From the NCBI RefSeq assembly GCF_009914755.1, contig NC_060931.1: 64,000 nt of DNA, one strand, 5' to 3'. The notes under the pieces were generated by a model. That model ran no database searches. It had not been told where the DNA came from and was given only the letters and a program-made list of their open reading frames with translations. The position numbers were made by a program, and so were the translations under genes. This stretch comes from the human T2T-CHM13v2.0 reference genome, Homo sapiens. Below, in pieces: positions 13,201 through 28,534 of this stretch (positions within the stretch are counted from its first letter, which is position 1; each line of letters starts with the position of its first letter).

Positions 13201-13892
13201 AAAGTTAGATTGAATATAGTTCTGGAGCTAAACTATATCAATTTCTAGTATAGGATTCAATGTAGTGCAAAGTCTTCCTGCAGCCAAGCCAGGGTAGCTC
13301 CATTTTGGCATATGTTGCACCAATGTTAGACATATCCCTTTATTAAACACTTCTAAGTAATTCCCCTTTGTTCTGACTCTGCAGTATTGACAGCAGAGAG
13401 CTCTGTACTGATTTTATTGCTTATAATCAGTCATACAGAATGTTACTGTGGATCAAGACCTAGGCAAAAATTTAATGAAAAGAAAATAATATGTGAATAT
13501 CTGTGTGTATATACACGCACACATACCCCCACACCTACAAAATGTATTTTACCTAAACAATGTATTATCGAAGTATCTAAATTTTGATACTTTGATACTG
13601 GGAAGACAAAAAAACAGTTTTGAACTTATTGCAGACATTTAAGAAAATCATTTTAAAATGGAAAAAGTCATTTTTAGATTTAAGAAAAATTGCCATTTTC
13701 TTTGAAAACCACCATTACATATACCAGAATACACAAATCAGTGCATAAATTCAAGGAGAAACATATGTATAAGTAGATGTAACAGCTTAAAGCCATGGAT
13801 GAAATGCCTGCTGTGGAGGCTGAGTGTGGTAATCAAAAGTAAATGCTGCTGAGGAGTTTCTCCCAAATCAAACCAGGGAACTAACCTCATCT

Positions 13893-13917
13893 CTTCTTCT
13901 TCTTCTTCTTCTTCTTC
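13893..13917. repeat. (TTC)n microsatellite
   Basis: About 8 units; explains the poly-E in ORF 13738..14016. Confidence 0.95.
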
Positions 13918-16900
13918 GTTTTTTAAATTCTTATGGATAACTCTGATGCAAGACTTAAGCAGTGCCTCAAAATTAAGAGCAAAGAAATAGAAGAGAAGAT
14001 CCACGTAACTCTTCATTTGTCTGTAAAAGTTAAAATCCTACTCAAACACAGCTAAATAAGATTCATTCAAAAAATAATATACATTTACATTTGAGTTTTA
14101 ATAGCATTTCTCTGCTCTTTTATAACAAAATGCTGAAGTTTTAACAACCAAAACAATTAATTAAAAGTAAATCCTACTCTTTAATTCTCAGGGATGCCTG
14201 ATACCATTTGTTTAACATGGAATGAAATAGGATAAATGGGATGTACTTTTATACTCTGATTTGAGATGTCTTTAGTAGAAACTTACATTGTGACTGAGCT
14301 TGCTTATGCTTTGATCACAGTTCCTATGGTGAAGACCCGTACCACACATTTTCAGAAATAGTTTTCTGGAATCTTTTTGTTGTTAGGGTTATAAAAGACA
14401 TACCTATCTTGTTTGGCTTTGAATGGTAGTGAATCTGCTAAGATTCACTGCTTTCTCACGCTATAAAGTAATTTGCCATTAACGTAGATCCAGATGAAAA
14501 AGCGAAATGTCAATAGGACCATATAAAAACAGAAAATGATTTGCAACTTTTATGATGGATCTTTATTTGGTTAATTAGTTTTTAAAATAAACTGTCATGT
14601 ATTTTAAATAGACTTATATTGGTATATGTTAAGATGTTAATGGTATCTTCCATGTTTATACATGGCCATGAAATAGAGATGCTTGTATATATTGTATTGA
14701 TTTAAACATAGGCAGTTGTGTAAATGTGGGTGCAGATCTCTAGCTTTCCCTGAACCAAACTGTAGATTCAGTGTTTCTTTACTGGGACTCCTAAAGGGAA
14801 TTATTTATTCTCAGTGGATCTGTTTTTAATCTATAAAATTGGGATAATAATAACTAATATTGTTGCAACATTAAATTTTACAGTATGCCTCTATTACAAA
14901 TATATTGAAAATAACTTGGAAAATGAATCTTATGAATTAATATTACAAGAAACAAAGCTCACTAATTTGAATTGTTCTTTCATTGTGTTATCAAACAGTT
15001 TTATCACATTTTAACTATTTAAAAAATAATTTACTTTTGCTTTATAGAGAAACAAGATGATGTAAAATAGTTTCCATAAAAGCTAAATTTAAAAGGAGTT
15101 TGATGTATGCACTGCCAAATATCCTACACATTTTGGCAAAGTTATGCAGCACTGAATGATACAGTCGATTTTGGCAGCTGGAACCAGAGTTGAAAAGGGA
15201 GCTCTGAATAAAATATTTTACTTTATATTTCTAATAGAAAATGAACCTTTCTATTAATAATTTGACAATGACAATCCATCACGCCTCACCTCATCTACAC
15301 CTTCTACCACACATCATCATTTTAAGTCGCAGAAACAATGATTAGGTGCAGCTGTAAAACACACTGATTCATAATGAAAGGTTCATTAGTCAGCTAACAT
15401 GAGCACCATCAAAAAATTGCACAATGAAATCCGGGATTTCCCTTTTGCCCACTTTTTGGTACTCAGTCTGTTTTGGCCTGAGGTCTGCATGCAGACAGAT
15501 GCCCAGAATTGATTTTTTTTGCACCCTAATGGTTCCCTTTCCCCTTTTGCATTAACTTGATTGAGGTGGACAATGATTGTGCTGATATTCTAAATGGATT
15601 GTGACTCCCCCGTGGAATACCTGAATCAAGGAGAAATGCAATTTGGGCCGACATTTTTTCCACATTGGCTGTTTTATCTGCAAATACCATGTGAATCCTG
15701 AGCAGGGTATGAGTAGTGCTGAAATTAACTGTTTCCCACTTACATCGTCTTCAGTAGTCTGAAGAAAATAGCACTGACTTGGGAATCATAAAACATAAAT
15801 ACCGCATCCCTAGTGGGTCTCATGTTTTCTAGATTACCCTTTCAGTCATCTAAGAATAATTCCTCAGGTCCTGGCCCAGTCTCTCTCGTAATGAAAACCA
15901 GAGGTTTGGCACACAGCTCTAGGCAAGGCTGCTGGAGCTCTGACAAGAGCGACGTGATACATGCACCACGAACAGGCAGCAAGAGTTCCCAGGCTCACTT
16001 CACAGGCATCCAAATTACTTTTGCATTTAATCTTACACCCCTGGTGCTGATATTATTTTACATTATAAGTATTGTCTTTCCAGTGAAAATGTAGGCTGTC
16101 ACGGAGAAGAATATTCTTATTTTACCAGGAATGAAGCAGGCAGGGCATACATATTTGCAAATGTTGGGCCTTTGAGATTCTTGCCAGTATCACCAGGTAT
16201 TCAATTTTGACTCTCTTGAACCTCTCATTCATTCCTTTCCCAGCATCTCTATGCCTTTCCTCCTCTTGTTTGCTCTCTTGTTCTTTTCTAGGCCATTTTA
16301 CTTTTCATTCTAATAACAGCAATCCCCCTTCTTGATCCCTTTTACCCTACAAAGAGTTTGAAATCACAAAATGATAACACTCATAATAGGAGAAGGAAGA
16401 GTTCAAAACAATGATCCAGTGGGGAATAAGTTAATAAATAAATCACCTATAGAAATACTTATTATAAGATAGACATTCATTTACTACTCTTTCTCAAAAT
16501 TCATTTGGGGCCCAAAATGTTAAAATAATTGATAAAAACTCTTACCAACTTTGGACAATGAGTAGATGTGAAATACTATATAAGAGTTTCCTGTTTCAAG
16601 AAAGTGAAAAACATAAAATTGTTCAAGAAAATATACTTAAAAGTACATTTGATATTTCTAATATTTTAAATAAATGACAGAGAAACATCTCAAAACAATA
16701 ATTATAGGTATTCCCGTATCAATACGAATTGTTTATTCATAATAAGATTAATATTTCTCTGAGGATACACCCATTGCTTTTTATTTCCATTAACAGTCTA
16801 ACCCTCTTTACCTCATTACTGTAAGAGCTTAGTTATCGGTATCTCATTCTTTGGTCCTTAAAATAAACTTGATGTTTATTTTGTCTTTTAGAAAACTTTT

Positions 16901-16988
16901 AAATGACACTCCATGTCTACAGCTGTCTTCAAACTGAAAGCAAGCTTCCTAAGGTGTTTGTAAGAAGTTCTGAAGTGTTGTAAGAACT

Positions 16989-17135
16989 TGTTACTCCAAG
17001 TATGGTCAAGGGACCAGCAGTCTCAGAATCATCTGGTAGCTTGTAAAATGCAAGCTCTCAAGTTTTAACCTAGGCCTGTTGCATCAGAATCTGCAAAATG
17101 TTTTCCAGCTGTTTCATGTGCACATCAATTTTTGC
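16989..17135. mobile_element. MER5A-like hAT MITE
   Basis: tactccaagtatggtc...ggaccagcag...atcagaatctgca. Confidence 0.65.
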
Positions 17136-20100
17136 TCATATATTTTTATCTAGAAAATAAGAACTACATTAAGCAGTATTAATTTTTAGTGCAACAATTG
17201 ATAGTGGAAATCTCACTCACTTCATTTGGTATATATACTATTCTGTAGGCAGGTCAAGATTAACCAATGCAAAGCCATGCTCAACCTTTTCATATACTGG
17301 AGTTTAATGTATTGGAGTTTTCCTATACATTGATAAAGAGAAGGCAGGAGTATATAATCTAGAGTGGCACAAGCCAATTTTTCCCAAACAAATATATGAC
17401 TTGAAAAGTATATAGAAAACATGAATTGAAGGCTGGACAAAGTGTGCAAACTCAAATGAACAAGAAACTGACAAAGCTGATTCATTTTTTCCTGGTAAAA
17501 ACTCTCTTTATGCCATATTATGGGGTAGAAGACAATGACAATCTAGCCATAGCTAATGAGAAATTGATAAAAAATTAAATTAGAGAATATTATTTGAATT
17601 ATGATTTGCATCAACTATTACTATATAAATGCATTTTGTACTTTGAGGTTTGCATTGATCAAATCCTAATATTCCCTGAAAATATTATATATACCAAGTA
17701 GACTGAGAGAGGCTGCCAGTATCAACTTGTATACTAAATATTAGTAACACGTAATGTGTTTATTTTCTAATAGTTTCAGGCTTCTCAGTGAGCAAGACAG
17801 TTTAAAACTAAAAATTTTATTAGTAAAGACCAATTGCTTCCACTTTTCTAATAATATTAAACAGCATAATAAACCATCACTTATCACTTTACAGAAATTT
17901 CCTAAAGTAAATAATATTTTGAAGTATATTTTCTAATTTCTACCTTAAAAATGAAATAAATAAAAGATGAAACCATATCATTAAAGAAACATTTCTTCTG
18001 CCCTGGTCAAAAAAAATGACTGAAATGATATCTAGACAACACTATCATAAAAACTTAAATAGATTTGTGAGTAAACTTTATGTGGAGGAAGTTACACAGA
18101 CAACGTTGCTGAAGAGACAGAAGAACCAGCATATCAAATTATATAATTTGGGAAGGTTGTTCATTGTGGGATGCAAAAACAAACATTTATATTGTTTTAG
18201 CTTATGAAAAACATCATTTGAGCTAGTAAAAAGATGTGTGGAGGAAGTTATGTCCTTAATCGTGTATGACACTTAACAAAAGTGGTGTTTTGTGGTGAAA
18301 AAATTACTGTTAGAGTAGCCACTGATGAAGTAGATTCTGGAGTAAGGTTACCGATACACAGCACCGCAAATAACATTCTCTCATTGTATTCCTGGACAAT
18401 AAATGCAGGAGAGAAACTGAAGCAAGAAAGGCCCCAACTGCTACAGGCTATTTTAGAAATATTTAAAAATAAACAAGCAAGCAAACAAAAAACACGATCT
18501 ATACTAAATTCTTAATTATACTCTGTAATAATAGTGGCAGTGAACACAAGCATCATTTATACTACAGGTTGTTTTGTTGGTTTTCTCATGTAAATAACTT
18601 AAAAGAAGCAGATTTAAAGGTAGCAGATTTAAAGATCTAAAGATTGAACCGTTGCCTTTTATAAGGAAAGAAATCCATTCATGGCCTTCTAATAGAATGT
18701 TACTTAGCAGGTGATACGGAAATACTGGAAACACACTTAATCTGTTTTTCCAAGGCAATATTTTTAAGCAACTGAAGTACCCATGGATACCATGTACACT
18801 TATGTTTGGAAACAAAATTTTTTCACTTGTTTAAAAATATTTTAGATAAAGTTTAGTAGGTTTTAGATGCATTTGCTTAAAGTTCAGAAAAAAAAGTCTT
18901 CCAATCCTTTTGCCAAATAACTGATTGACCTTAGCAAAGATAAAACATAACTAGCTTAGGAAATGCTGAAATTTTCAACATCAACAACATCACTTTCTAC
19001 AATTGGTGAGTGAATCTGAAATGACTGTAACGATTTAACAAGAATGGAGAATGAGAAACTTTTTCCATTTAGATTTACCTGTTTTGTTGTGAAATTATTT
19101 TGCACACAAGACAGCTTGCACCAAAATTTAACTGAACTCAGAACCAGAACTTTGAAATATTGTATTACAAAATGTTTAATCAGAATTAAAATTTAAAAAT
19201 GAAGCATATTTTTAGAAATCATAATTGATATTTAAATTAATGATTAACAAAATCGAGTAATATTCTTGTAATTTACATTTTTGTATTTCTCTTCTATAAA
19301 GCAAAGAAAAATAAATGGAGTTCCTGGGGAATACTGAATGCACTCTGAACTTCACAATCTTCCTTTTTTCTTTTTAATTTATATTTATATTATTGTCTTA
19401 TAAAAGTTCATGTTTTAAAATACAGTTAAAGCGTTATTTACGTAATGTATTATAATAAATTTAATTGTGATACAAATATTCTAAAATTAGTGTTTGACTA
19501 TCATTATGTTTTTATTTTCTCATTGCTTTATCTTTGGTTGAAAATATGAATACGAACTGTTTTCTTCTGCATCTTACTCTCTTCACCCAAACATTTTAGC
19601 TAAGTAAATAGTTATCCACCTGTATACTGATTGGCAGCCATAACTCATGTTCAGTTCTTTTATCATTGAATCAATGCTCTATTCATCACCGGCAGCCTTC
19701 TAGGAGTCACCCATTTTTGAGCACTATTTTCTGTTGAATATCCCCTTTATATTTTCTTTTCTGTCTCCTGAGATTCACTTAATCCACTGATTGTTCCTCA
19801 GATTTATCTTGTAACCCACCAATTTGTCCTCAACAAGGTGATGGCAGTTGACCTTTTTATTCATATCTCTTTCTGTCCGCTATGACAACTTTCAATTTCA
19901 GTTAGCTACTCTACTGCAGCTTCCTCAACATATACCATACATAGTCTTATTTTGCAGTTTGCTCTATTTCATCCTTAAAAAATGTTTTTTCTTGGCCTCT
20001 CTGCATATATAAATTGTTTATTTCCTTTAAGACAGTTTATATTTAATTTTGTCTCTTTTCAATATACTGAACTTATTTCCTTTCCTTAAATCCTATAGTA

Positions 20101-23100
20101 TTTATTCCCTATATTGATAATTTGACAGTAAATCCCTTATTTCCTTATGCTATATAGTGTCATATTTTACTGTTGCCCTATTACAGACATTGATTATTTT
20201 ACTCTTTATTTTCTTAACTTTCATAATCATAAGCTTTTTCTCTATGAGGTTTCAACTTCCTTGAATGTAGGTAACTCCCCTGATTATTGTGCATTCCCAA
20301 AAGTACCTACCATGCTGTTGACAGAAAATAGATTCTTCTTAATAAGGTCTTATTAACTTGGAAGAGATTTGTCAAGTAAATATAATAGATATGCTTATTT
20401 ATAAGTCATAAAATTAAGGGCTTTAACTACTTCCATAATGTCTCAGAGTTACTAATAGAAGTTACATATTTATGGTAGATTGTTAACGTCAATTGCTTGA
20501 GTTCAAAAATTGATCTTATTTCCAATATCTCAAGACAATTTTTTACTGTTTTATCCTGCAGTGTATTTTATATCATGTGTGGAGTTTGAATAGGTTCTAA
20601 TTGCCTGATCTAAATAAATAATGCAAGCAATAAGCCAGGCAGCAATCAATGCACCTATAAATCAGAAACATACTGTAGTTGAAATGATGGAGGAAATCAA
20701 GGTATAGACTAAATCTCACACAGCCTTTGCAAAAGAATCTAATTTGTGTTTGTGGGAACAGAGAAATCTTGTTGATAAAAGAAGAATTATGAGACATGGC
20801 ATTCCATCCCTCTGCTTTAGAAACGTTATTTAAAATCATTGTATATTTGCTGATTTTGTTATCAAAATTACAGAACCCCAAGTCCAGCTTATTTTAGCAT
20901 CAGAATCCTTAGTACACTAGTGTTTATGACATGTTGCTATGTGTTCCAGGCATTTTAGCAAAATTAATAAATGAATATTCACACATTTATGCATATATTA
21001 AGAACAATGCTACTTATTACTTAAGGATTTAAAAAAATGTTTCTCTAAAAAAGTTCCTTACTGTGTAGATATAATATTAGCTGAAAAAAGAGATAATGCT
21101 GTTTATTGAGCATCAGATGCATGAGTACATGTTTGTTCTTTTGAAAAATGAACACATATTTTTATTTTAATAGAAGATCCACACAACACCCTTTGGTTAT
21201 CCTACTGGAGTGAGATTTTGAAAAATTTACCATGCATTACTTCAAGTATGAAAATGCCTAATCTTAAAATGTAAATAGATGAACTCCAATTCAGAAATGT
21301 AAAATACAATGATGAAAACCAAGTTCAGTCAGCCATGTGGCATACTGCCGGACGCATAGTGCAAAGTGAGTGAAATCATGTTAAACATGAAAATAATTCT
21401 TATTCATAGGCTTAACCCTAAAGGGATTACTCTTCCAAGCTTGTATATCAGTGTCCTTTTACTTTCAAAATATTCCAGCACGTTTTAGAATGAATTGTAT
21501 TTTACACTGTGCCGGTATTATATAGTTTATGTATAAAACACAAAATAAAACATTTACACATACAGTGAAGAGTTTTCAATTATTTATAAAACCACCACTT
21601 CCACCACCACCACCACAATAGCAAATTTGTTTTCAACTCTATCTTATCCAGAGTTAATTATCTTTACAGCTTTGAAAGTAGATGTAAGGGTTGTGGCAGT
21701 AGCCTTTGTAAGATTATCAAATAGAGGTTAGGGCATATGAACCATGGCTGAAAGCTTATTTCTTTAGATGATTCATTTTCAAAGTTTGTAACCTATATTC
21801 CTCATACAGTTTCTTTTAAAAATGCTTTCAAACAATGTAATTTCAAAGAAACATGTGCATTGGGATGACCCTGGACCACTTATTAGCATTGAACTGCCAT
21901 ATACCATAATAAACTTTTCATAAACATAGTTTATGGAACATAAATATCTAAGTAGTATTTGGTAATGTTACCCAGAAATGTAACTAACATACTAGTATGA
22001 GAATATATTGACAGCCTCTGGAGATATTTCTATTATTTAGTCACCAACTAACAAGTCAACCCCATCTCACGTTTTCAACAATACAGTGATTTCTTTCCTC
22101 TGCTGGATCCTGTCCTGCAATAAAAATCAATCAGTGAATTGGTGTTTCCTATAGAAGCAACTGAATGACAGGAATGAGTCTTACATACTCATGGACTGTA
22201 AGTGTAAGCTATTCCACTTTATATTATGTCAGTATCAGCCCTGTTGTTATCCCCATGAATTTTCATTTGATAGAAATTACATCTTGATTTATATACAGTG
22301 GTCAATACATCATTATGTTGATGTTGGGGGTTCTTAAATGACATTTAATGTTAAAAATCCAGAAAATATCTATGCATAAGGTGTGTGAAAAAAGATAAGA
22401 TATATGGGTTCAAAAATAATGGAATTTCAAGAGTTTTGGATAACTTTATCTGATCCTTTATATCTTCCATTTAGGTGTTTTGAGGTAGAGAAAAGTGGCA
22501 ATGGGATTGATCTGGCTGATATAATGACTGTGACTGTGTAGAAAAATGCACCCTGTGGTAGACAAGAGGCAGCGTCTAAACAGAAGGCAGGAAGTGAAGA
22601 TCTGAAGCATTGGGTCCTTTACTAAATCAGTGCTGAGAGCTCCACAATGTTGACAAAAATGTGGGATCTGAATAAGAACAATTAAGAATAGATAGCTCCA
22701 TAGAAGGCAGAAATTAAGGTCACAAACATCTCAAGCAGTGTGGTTTCTTCTCATAGTAACACTGCTCATGATCTAGTTGATATACAAAGATATTTTTCAG
22801 TTCATATTTAGAAAAAATTTATACATTGTTAATGACACTATGGATTGCAACCTTCTCTCCCTCTACACTCCTATGTCTGGCTACTATATTACCTTCCTTC
22901 TTTTGTTATATTTCCCTTCACAGACCCTTTTCCTTTTCACCTTCTTAAAGGCATATTTCTAGGGGCTCTATTCTTTGTCTTCCCTTCTAACCTCTTTCTA
23001 GGATCTCTCCCTTGGAGACTCCCTTGAGTGATCTCTTCAACCCCTTCCTGTTGATTAGATGTCATGTCCAATTAGCCCCCAAATCCAAGGAAATTCAACT

Positions 23101-24269
23101 ATAAAATGTTTTGAGAAAATAGCTTTCTTTCTAGCGTTATTTCTGTAGTTAAAACATTACTTAATTGTTGCTCTCTTTTAATGGCCTCTAACTTAAAATT
23201 TTGCCTCGCCCCAAACCATGCACACACCACAGGCAGGTGAATTATTCCCGTTGCACAACCTCTAATCATTGGAACAAAAATTTCCTGGATCTCTATTACC
23301 TTAAAAATAAAGTGCAAATTACTGGTACAAAATTAAATATGTCCATAACCTCAATTCAAACTATTTAATTTAAAGGCTTTTCATCCTCTACACTCCAGAA
23401 AAATAAGAACCAATGTCTCACATACGTGGTCAATCTTTTTCCATATCACTCCTCCAAAATATCTGCCTTACGTTTTCTTGATAATTTTTAACTATCCAAT
23501 AAAATTAGCACCTCCGTAATTAATTCTTTGCTATTTTCCAACCTGACATGTCGTATCTCGCTCTCTCAAACACCTGTAGTATTCTTTTGTTTTCTGTCTT
23601 AGAACATTGTTAATGACCTTATTTTGCTACTATTATTTGTATAAACATTATTTTCTTATTCAGAATGTAAACATCCTAAAGAAAATTTTTTTCCCCATAT
23701 TCAGGGATTTCAACTTTTCATTTCATACAAGGCATAACACAGTGCTTCACCATATTTCCTGAAAAGTATGAAAGCTCAGAAAAAGGGAGAAAGTAATTGA
23801 ATAAACCCATTTTTTCAACAATGCATTTTCCAGATGATTTTATAGTCATTTTTTAGGATTTTATTTTGGTCAACGAATTTATTGCTTAGAGGACCAGATT
23901 TGATTATATTATTTTTACTGAAGACTGTACTTATGGGACTTGCCCACCTATATAAGTTGTAACATTTTTCTGTAAGAACCCTCTGCTTCTTCAAATAAGT
24001 CTTCTTACATGTTCAAATTCCGTTTCTGAAATGCCTTCTAACTTCTAGTTGATTATATCACATATAGTTCCAGCTCAAATTCTTAGTACTCTTGGAGTGT
24101 CACCAAATCATCCTGGGCAGGATTTTTCTTCTCTTCTATAGTCACAACACTTTGTCACTTATTTGGCACTTAAGAATATATTAGTTGGTGGTATTTTTGG
24201 TGTTCTATGGTGTTATAGTAATATAACATTTTACCCGTATATTAAAGAGAGGAGGGAACAATATAATTA

Positions 24270-24607
24270 CAGGTTGAGCATCCCTAATACAAAAAATCCA
24301 AAATCTGAAATGCTCCGAAATAGAAAACTTTTTGAGTGCCAACATGATGCCACAAGTAGAAAATTCCATACATAAGTACTTAAACAAACTTTGCTTCATG
24401 CACAAAATTATTTGAAATCTTGCATAAAATTACCTTCAGGCTATGTGTGTAAGGTGTATATGAAACATAAATAATTTTTATGTTTAGACTTGATACTATT
24501 CCCCAAGAAATCTCATTATGTATATGTAAGTATTTCAAAATCTGAAAAAATCTGAAATTCGAAACATTTCTGGTGATAAATATTTTGGATAAAATATACA
24601 CAACTTG
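24270..24607. mobile_element. Tigger4b (Zombi/MER46B-like) DNA transposon
   Basis: TA|CAGGTTGAGCATCCCT terminus and matching ...CAACTTG end; typical aaatccaaaatctgaaatgctcc interior. Confidence 0.85.
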
Positions 24608-25278
24608 TGGTATCCTCTCAAGCACAAGTTTTATGAACTAGAGCCTCAAAACTACTTTCTGTTTCATCTAAATGTGTAAGAAACGAAAGTTGAAACAGTC
24701 TAATATAATGCTAAAATTGTTAGCATTCATAATTGGGTAGATAATGGCAAGTTTGATTTATGGGAAAACATTATGAGGAATGCTTTATTATAATATAAAT
24801 TGACATACTTAGTAGACATGGAAAATTGACATACACATGAAAATATTCTTCATTATGTGAAAAATATATGACCAGAAAAATGAAATCAATACTACTGGAT
24901 GTACTGTACTTAAATGGCAGTGTATTTACTTCTAGTGTTATATTAAACATATTTAAATATGTTGTTTTAGATACCCACATATTAAATACTTACATAGTTC
25001 TAAAAGTTCAACAATGCATTTCTAATATTCCTAATGTATACTAGATTTTCATATTAATATCAAGGCAAAGAACCACAAAATACAGTGTTTATAGATATTA
25101 AGTGAATATTTTTCTAAAGATGCATATGTAGAGAGAGAAAATAAAGCTTATTTGGCTAAATTTATAGAAGTATCTATGATATTTTGAAAAATAATAATTA
25201 GCTATAAAAATAAACTAGGTCCACATGATAGGAGTAAGAGCAAATATTTTCTATTTAGTAATATTTAATATATTTGAT

Positions 25279-25415
25279 GGCCAGTCATGGTGACTCACAC
25301 ATGGTAGTCCCAGCTACTCAGGAGGCTGAGGCAGGTGGATCACTTGAGATCAGGAGTTTGAGGCTACAGTGAGCCATGGTGGTGCCACTGCACTCCAGCC
25401 TGGGTGACACAGCAG

Positions 25416-25448
<33 letters not shown>
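25279..25448 (+). mobile_element. Free right Alu monomer (FRAM-like) followed by (TG)n
   Basis: Single right-arm-like monomer ending cagcagactctgt, then (TG)~14. Confidence 0.8.
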
Positions 25449-25451
<3 letters not shown>

Positions 25452-25748
25452 AAATAAATAATATTTTCAAGACAGGTAAACATGTTAAATATAGAACTCA
25501 GGCTTTTATTTATAGGACTATTTAAAGCTATTGTAAGGCTATAATAAGAAAGTTCTGAACAATGTTTTTATCTTTTCTGTACCCAAATCATAAGGAAAAC
25601 CATCATTTATGTTGAAATGTAAAATAAAGGGCTAAGCATACCCTTGTATCCTCCTGTATATAAGTGGAAAACTTAGAAGTCCCAAATGATGAAGAAAAAC
25701 ACATTCTGGCTTTCAAAGAAAGTGAAAAACTGACTCTTTGAAAGTACT

Positions 25749-26126
25749 TGATATGGTTTGACCATGGCCCCACCCAAATCTCATCTTAAATTGCAGTTCC
25801 CACAATCCCCACCTGTCATAGGAAGGATCTGGTGGGAGATAATTGAATCATGGGGGCAGTTTCCCCCATCCTATTCTTGTGAAAATGAGTAAATTCTCAC
25901 GAGATATGATTTTTTATAAAAGACTTCCTCCTTCTCTGGGCTCTCATTCTTCTCTCTTCTGCTGCCACGTGAAGAAGGACATGTTTGCTTTCCCTTCTGC
26001 CACGATTGTAAGTTTCCTGAGGCCTCCCCAACCATGTGAAACTGTGAGTCAATTAAACCCCTTTCCTTTATAAATTACTCAGTCTTGGGTATGTCATTAT
26101 TAGCAGCATGAGAACAAATGAATACA
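25749..26126 (+). mobile_element. THE1C-like MaLR solo LTR
   Basis: TGATATGGTTTG...AATACA termini; perfect 5-bp TSD GTACT (25744-25748, 26127-26131). Confidence 0.9.
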
Positions 26127-26994
26127 GTACTTTAGTATTTATTTCATTTTGCTGACATAAGGAGGAGAACATTTTATACACCTGAATACAAGAGGACTGG
26201 GAAGGTCAGATCAGACTGAGAGAACTGGCTGCTTCTGAAGACAGAAGCTGTTTTATGTGTGGTGGGTGGTGAGGGATGAAACTGGTGACACTTCTTTTGG
26301 GCTTAACATCAGCATAGGGCACGGTGAGGCTCTTAGCCAGGCTTGATGTGTGAAAGGTCACCAGGCAGAATGGATGGAGTAAGGAAGAAGACAGAGGACT
26401 ATGCAAGACCATTCTGATGCCATGCCTGTGCCCCGTCCTAGAACTAAATTTACTACACTCACGCAGTTCCTGGAATCAGTAGATATTTTACAGAAACTCT
26501 GTGCAAAGGTGCCATTTTATGTTCAGGTGCTCAGGGAAACCTGAAACAGTAGCAAACAAGTCATAAACTAAGGACAGGGATCCAAACTTTCATAGGCCAT
26601 AACTTTGTGTCATATTTGTCATATTCTCCAATGAGCAAGTTCTAGAAATTTTGGGGCTATATATTATAGTTTCATCATTTTCTATGTATAAATTAAAACA
26701 AGTTTAAAAATGAAAGATATTTCAAAAGATACCCACAGATCTAAGAGCAGAGGGTGACTCCAAACATTTCAAGTTCTATAGAGTAGAAAATGATAATTTT
26801 CAAAAATATTGTACTAATTAGGGCAGCCAGTATGATCAGTGAGTATCACTATTTAGTCATAAATGAACAAATAAATATAAGCCATGACTCATCAAGGAAC
26901 CTCAGTGGAGTTGGGAAAATGGTAAACTGCATCACTCTCTCATTATTCTAGATGCTTACATCACTTAATGTATTTCATTTATGGTATTTATATA

Positions 26995-27020
26995 TCTATA
27001 TCTATCTATCTATCTATCTA
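26995..27020. repeat. (TCTA)n microsatellite
   Basis: Visible directly in the sequence. Confidence 0.9.
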
Positions 27021-27103
27021 ATAGTTTAATTTGATATGGTTTATCTTTTCTGTTGCAATCTAAGTTTATTGAGTGCTAGATCTATGTTCAATTAATCATT
27101 ACA

Positions 27104-27326
27104 CAGACTGAGTATCCCTTATACAAAATGCTTGGGATAAGAAGTGTTTCAGATTTTGGATTTTGGAATATTGGCACTATATTGATTGAGCATCCCAAAT
27201 CTGAAAATCCAAAATCTAAAATGCTCCAGTCAGTATTTCCTTTGAGCATGATGTTGGTGCTCAATAAGTTTTGTTTCTTCAAGCGTTTCAGATTTCAGTG
27301 TTTTCTGATTCTGGAGGCCCAACTTT
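27104..27326. mobile_element. Tigger4a (MER46A-like) DNA transposon
   Basis: CAGACTGAGTATCCCTTAT terminus; internal ttgagcatcccaaatctgaaaatccaaaatc. Confidence 0.85.
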
Positions 27327-27581
27327 TATTCATAATAGTTCTTAGAGTATTATTTTACGATATATGTAACACAATAGCATCTCAGCAAACACTGGTTAAC
27401 CCAATATGAATCAAAAGAATATAAGTAAGATAGTGCTAGCAGTACTTTACTCTTCTTTTGAAGTGGCAGTATGATGTAGTTGTTAACCATGTTAAGTTTT
27501 GGAATTCTCCACTTACTAGCTTAAAGTTAAGTTTCTTAAATTCTTTGTGCCTCAGAGTCCTCGCTCTAAACTGGTGACACT

Positions 27582-27949
27582 TGTGGTAGGCAGAATAATG
27601 TCTCCTCCCCGCAATCCCTATGATCTGTGATCACAAAGTTCATTTAAACTGGAAGGGGCAGAAGAGGTCAGACAGGGAGATTTGAAGATGCTATGCCACT
27701 GGCCTTGAAGATGGAAGAAAAGGCCACTAAACAAGGTATGTAGGTGGCCTCTGGATGCTAGAAAAGGCAAGAAAATGTCTTTTCCTCCAGAGCTTTAAGA
27801 GTAACCAAAGTCCTGCCATTACCTTGATTGTTACACAGTGAGACCCACTTCAGACTTCTGACCTCCAAAGCTGTAAGATACCACATTTGGGTTCTTTTAA
27901 GCCACTAAATTCATGTTAATTTGTTACAGCAGCATGGGAAACTAATACA
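27582..27949 (+). mobile_element. MLT1D-like MaLR LTR inserted in a MIR
   Basis: TGTGGTAGGCAGAATAATG...GGAAACTAATACA; near-TSD acact/atact; MIR-like flanks at about 27465-27581 and 27950-28040. Confidence 0.8.
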
Positions 27950-28534
27950 ATACTAATGGATGCATCATAGTGACGTTTAGAGGAATCATAAATGTGAAGC
28001 ATGTAGATCAGTGTTGGCCTCATTAGTGTAATTATTTTTATTCGGTGGCCCAAGTAACAAATGTTATACTCTTCATGAAGAAAACAAACCTTGAAAGACA
28101 TACATAATTTGACTATGGAGAAAGTAATAGCATAAGGAAAAGTGAAATCCTAGGGATAAGAACATACTTTAAGAAGCAAGGAAATTATAATGTTTTAAGA
28201 AACATGACATAAATTTGGATAGCTTTAATAAGGCCAGTGAATAAGAGCCTTGAAATATAGACAATGGAATTAAAATTTAAGACAGTGTTAACTTGAAGGT
28301 CCTTAAACACTTCTATGCATGGAATAACACTTATAAGTATTTTAGAAAGTGGGAATAGACTAAAATAAAGAAAACTATTTATGAGAGCATTTCTGTCTTA
28401 CAGGCTAAAATATGCATGTAATATAAGGATGAAGAAAGTGGAAATGGAGAAAGAATATATTTAAATTAATTATTGATAGCCAGATGAGTACCATTCACTA
28501 TCAGCCATTACATTCTAAAACATCATCATCTCTT

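Noticed and set aside
22470-22720. Possible lncRNA exon after a pyrimidine-rich AG
   Set aside because: A weak splice acceptor alone is not evidence; no supporting ORF or clear donor.
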